A program made the translations under genes and the position numbers. Shown here in pieces: positions 62,661 through 64,000 of a stretch of 64,000 bases of DNA (position 1 is its first letter; every line of letters begins with the position of its first letter). The DNA comes from Thermomicrobiales bacterium (GTDB lineage: Bacteria; Chloroflexota; Chloroflexia; Thermomicrobiales; UBA6265), in contig JAWKPF010000013.1 in NCBI GenBank assembly GCA_041390825.1, positions 67,949 to 131,948 on the forward strand, in the 5' to 3' direction. The notes below the pieces were generated by a model. The model saw only the letters and a list, made by a program, of their open reading frames with translations. It had not been told where the DNA came from and did not search any database.

Positions 62661-62703
62661 CCGCCAGTCGACAGACGTTTGCCCGGTTCAGGGTGGAGCG
62701 GCG

Positions 62704-63102
62704 CTACGGTGCGATACGAACCGCGTCCACCGTGCCGGAGATCGAAGCGGCCTGATTGCCCGCGGGGTCGAGAATAGCCACGGTGAACGTGCCCGAGAAC
62801 GATGCTCCCTCGCTCGCAACCGTGACCGTTGCTGAAATGGCATGCGAGCCGATGGAATTGCCGTTTTCGTCGACGCCGAGGGTTTCGAACGCCATCTCGA
62901 CCTTTCCCGGCTGAACTTCCTTCCAGGAGCCAAATGCCGTTGTGAAAAATTCCAGCCTGTGCGCCGATCCTGGAGGAGCCACAAGTGGAGAAGGAAGCAC
63001 ATTGAGGACGACGCCATCGCTCGAGAAGGTCGTCAGGTTGAGATGGTGTGCGCCATCGATCGTAACCGTCGTTCGCCAGGAGCCTACGATGCTTGCGGTC
63101 AT
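62704..63102 (-). CDS. hypothetical small beta-rich protein
   Basis: ORF 62704..63240. ATG 63100-63102 follows GAAAGGAAG (MTASIVGSWRTTVTIDG...). No family recognised. Confidence 0.6.
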   Translation of the reverse strand: MTASIVGSWRTTVTIDGAHHLNLTTFSSDGVVLNVLPSPLVAPPGSAHRLEFFTTAFGSWKEVQPGKVEMAFETLGVDENGNSIGSHAISATVTVASEGASFSGTFTVAILDPAGNQAASISGTVDAVRIAP

Positions 63103-63296
63103 GCGCTCTTCCTTTCTGTGCGTCAACGCTCGGCTCCAATCAGCATAGCACTGCCTTTTCGCGATTCCGGTGGGTGACCTAGAGAGGAGGCCGCTGGATC
63201 GCGCTCCGGTATGATGGATGCGGGACAACTGCTCGAACATCGTCTCGACATCATTGCAGGGAGTTGGCCGGAATGCCTGGTTCGCACGTGACAGAA

Positions 63297-64000
63297 ATGA
63301 AACGCACGGGGTGTTCGCGCCGGCGGCTGCTCGGTGGGAGTTTGGCGGTGGCTAGCTCCATGGCGCTTCGGAGACCGGAGGGTGGCATGGCGCACGACGG
63401 CCCACACGAGTTCACCGCAGAGGAGGCGGACCGAATCGACGCGGTCGTGAATGGGTTCCTGGAATCGAGCGGCACGCCGGGCGCAATCGTTGGGCTCTGG
63501 ATCGACGAGCGCGGGAGTTTGGTCAAGACCTATGGGCTGAGCAATGTCGAGACCGGGGTTGCCCCGATGGAACGCGACACGGTTCGAGTTGCGAGCATCA
63601 CGAAGACGTTCGTGGCCACGGTGCTCCTGCAACTGGTGGACGACGGGCTGATCGCATTGGACACGCCCATCAGCGAGTTCGATTTCGATTTTCCTCAAAG
63701 CGAAACTGCTACGCTGGCGCAACTGCTGGGGATGACCTCGGGCATCTTCAGCTACACCGAGGACGAAGGATTCCTGGCCGACTATGTCGCCAATCCGATG
63801 ATGCCCGGCTTTACACCGGAGCAGGCCCTGGACATCGCGCGGAAACACGATCCCTACTTCGCCCCCGGCGAGGGGATCCACTATTCGGACACCAACACGA
63901 TCATTGCCGGGAAGATCGCCGAGCAATTGACCGGGCAGACGTTGCCTGAGCTGCTGCAGGAGCGGATTTTCACACCCGAGCTGTTGCATGCGACCAGTTT
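63297..64000 (+). CDS. serine hydrolase (beta-lactamase / D-Ala-D-Ala carboxypeptidase family), Tat signal; 3' end beyond the window
   Basis: From my own translation starting at ATG 63297: MKRTGCSRRRLLGGSLAVASS... then VASITKTFVATVLLQLVDDGLIALD (an SxxK motif). Absent from the ORF track because it runs off the edge. Confidence 0.8.
   Translation, partial: MKRTGCSRRRLLGGSLAVASSMALRRPEGGMAHDGPHEFTAEEADRIDAVVNGFLESSGTPGAIVGLWIDERGSLVKTYGLSNVETGVAPMERDTVRVASITKTFVATVLLQLVDDGLIALDTPISEFDFDFPQSETATLAQLLGMTSGIFSYTEDEGFLADYVANPMMPGFTPEQALDIARKHDPYFAPGEGIHYSDTNTIIAGKIAEQLTGQTLPELLQERIFTPELLHATS

Overview
High-G+C (by eye, mid-60s %) chromosomal segment with about 50 protein-coding genes. I found no rRNA, no convincing tRNA, no CRISPR array, and no transposase or integrase.

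Gene content is ordinary but rich in exported proteins:
- Several SnoaL/NTF2-like secreted proteins.
- An M28 and an M43 metallopeptidase that share a lectin-like beta-propeller repeat.
- Two orphan Tat-signal family-5 solute-binding proteins.
- An ECF sigma / anti-sigma operon.
- An ABC-2 exporter, an MMPL transporter, an MFS transporter and a DMT transporter.
- Two unrelated PLP-dependent amino-acid decarboxylases.
- D-amino-acid enzymes.
- Three large HTH/LuxR-type regulators.
- An approximately 1330-aa LPXTG-anchored protein with nine 88-aa repeats.

The LPXTG sorting signal, the many Tat signals and the Thr/Pro-rich linkers suggest a monoderm high-G+C organism, perhaps Chloroflexota/Thermomicrobia-like or actinobacterial. 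That is inference only.

I did not recognise a clear multi-gene novel system such as a defence island or a biosynthetic cluster. The most unusual content is non-coding:
1. At least 11 tracts of tandem heptanucleotide repeats abut or overlap gene ends. Two pairs are arranged as long inverted repeats, and one pair brackets a four-helix-bundle (Avd / 23S-IVS-protein-like) gene.
2. An approximately 400-bp palindromic array of 5 direct plus 5 inverted ~38-41-nt units lies next to a tRNA-like fragment.
3. A family of GTCATYCYGAGC...GAAGGATCTC hairpin elements includes a 5 x 23-nt tandem block.
4. Three genes are clearly split by frameshifts (LacI-type regulator, ClC channel, LPXTG protein), and two further genes have suspicious start regions. 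This could reflect indel errors in the assembly or real gene decay.

All family assignments come from motif recognition by eye and memory. No searches were run.
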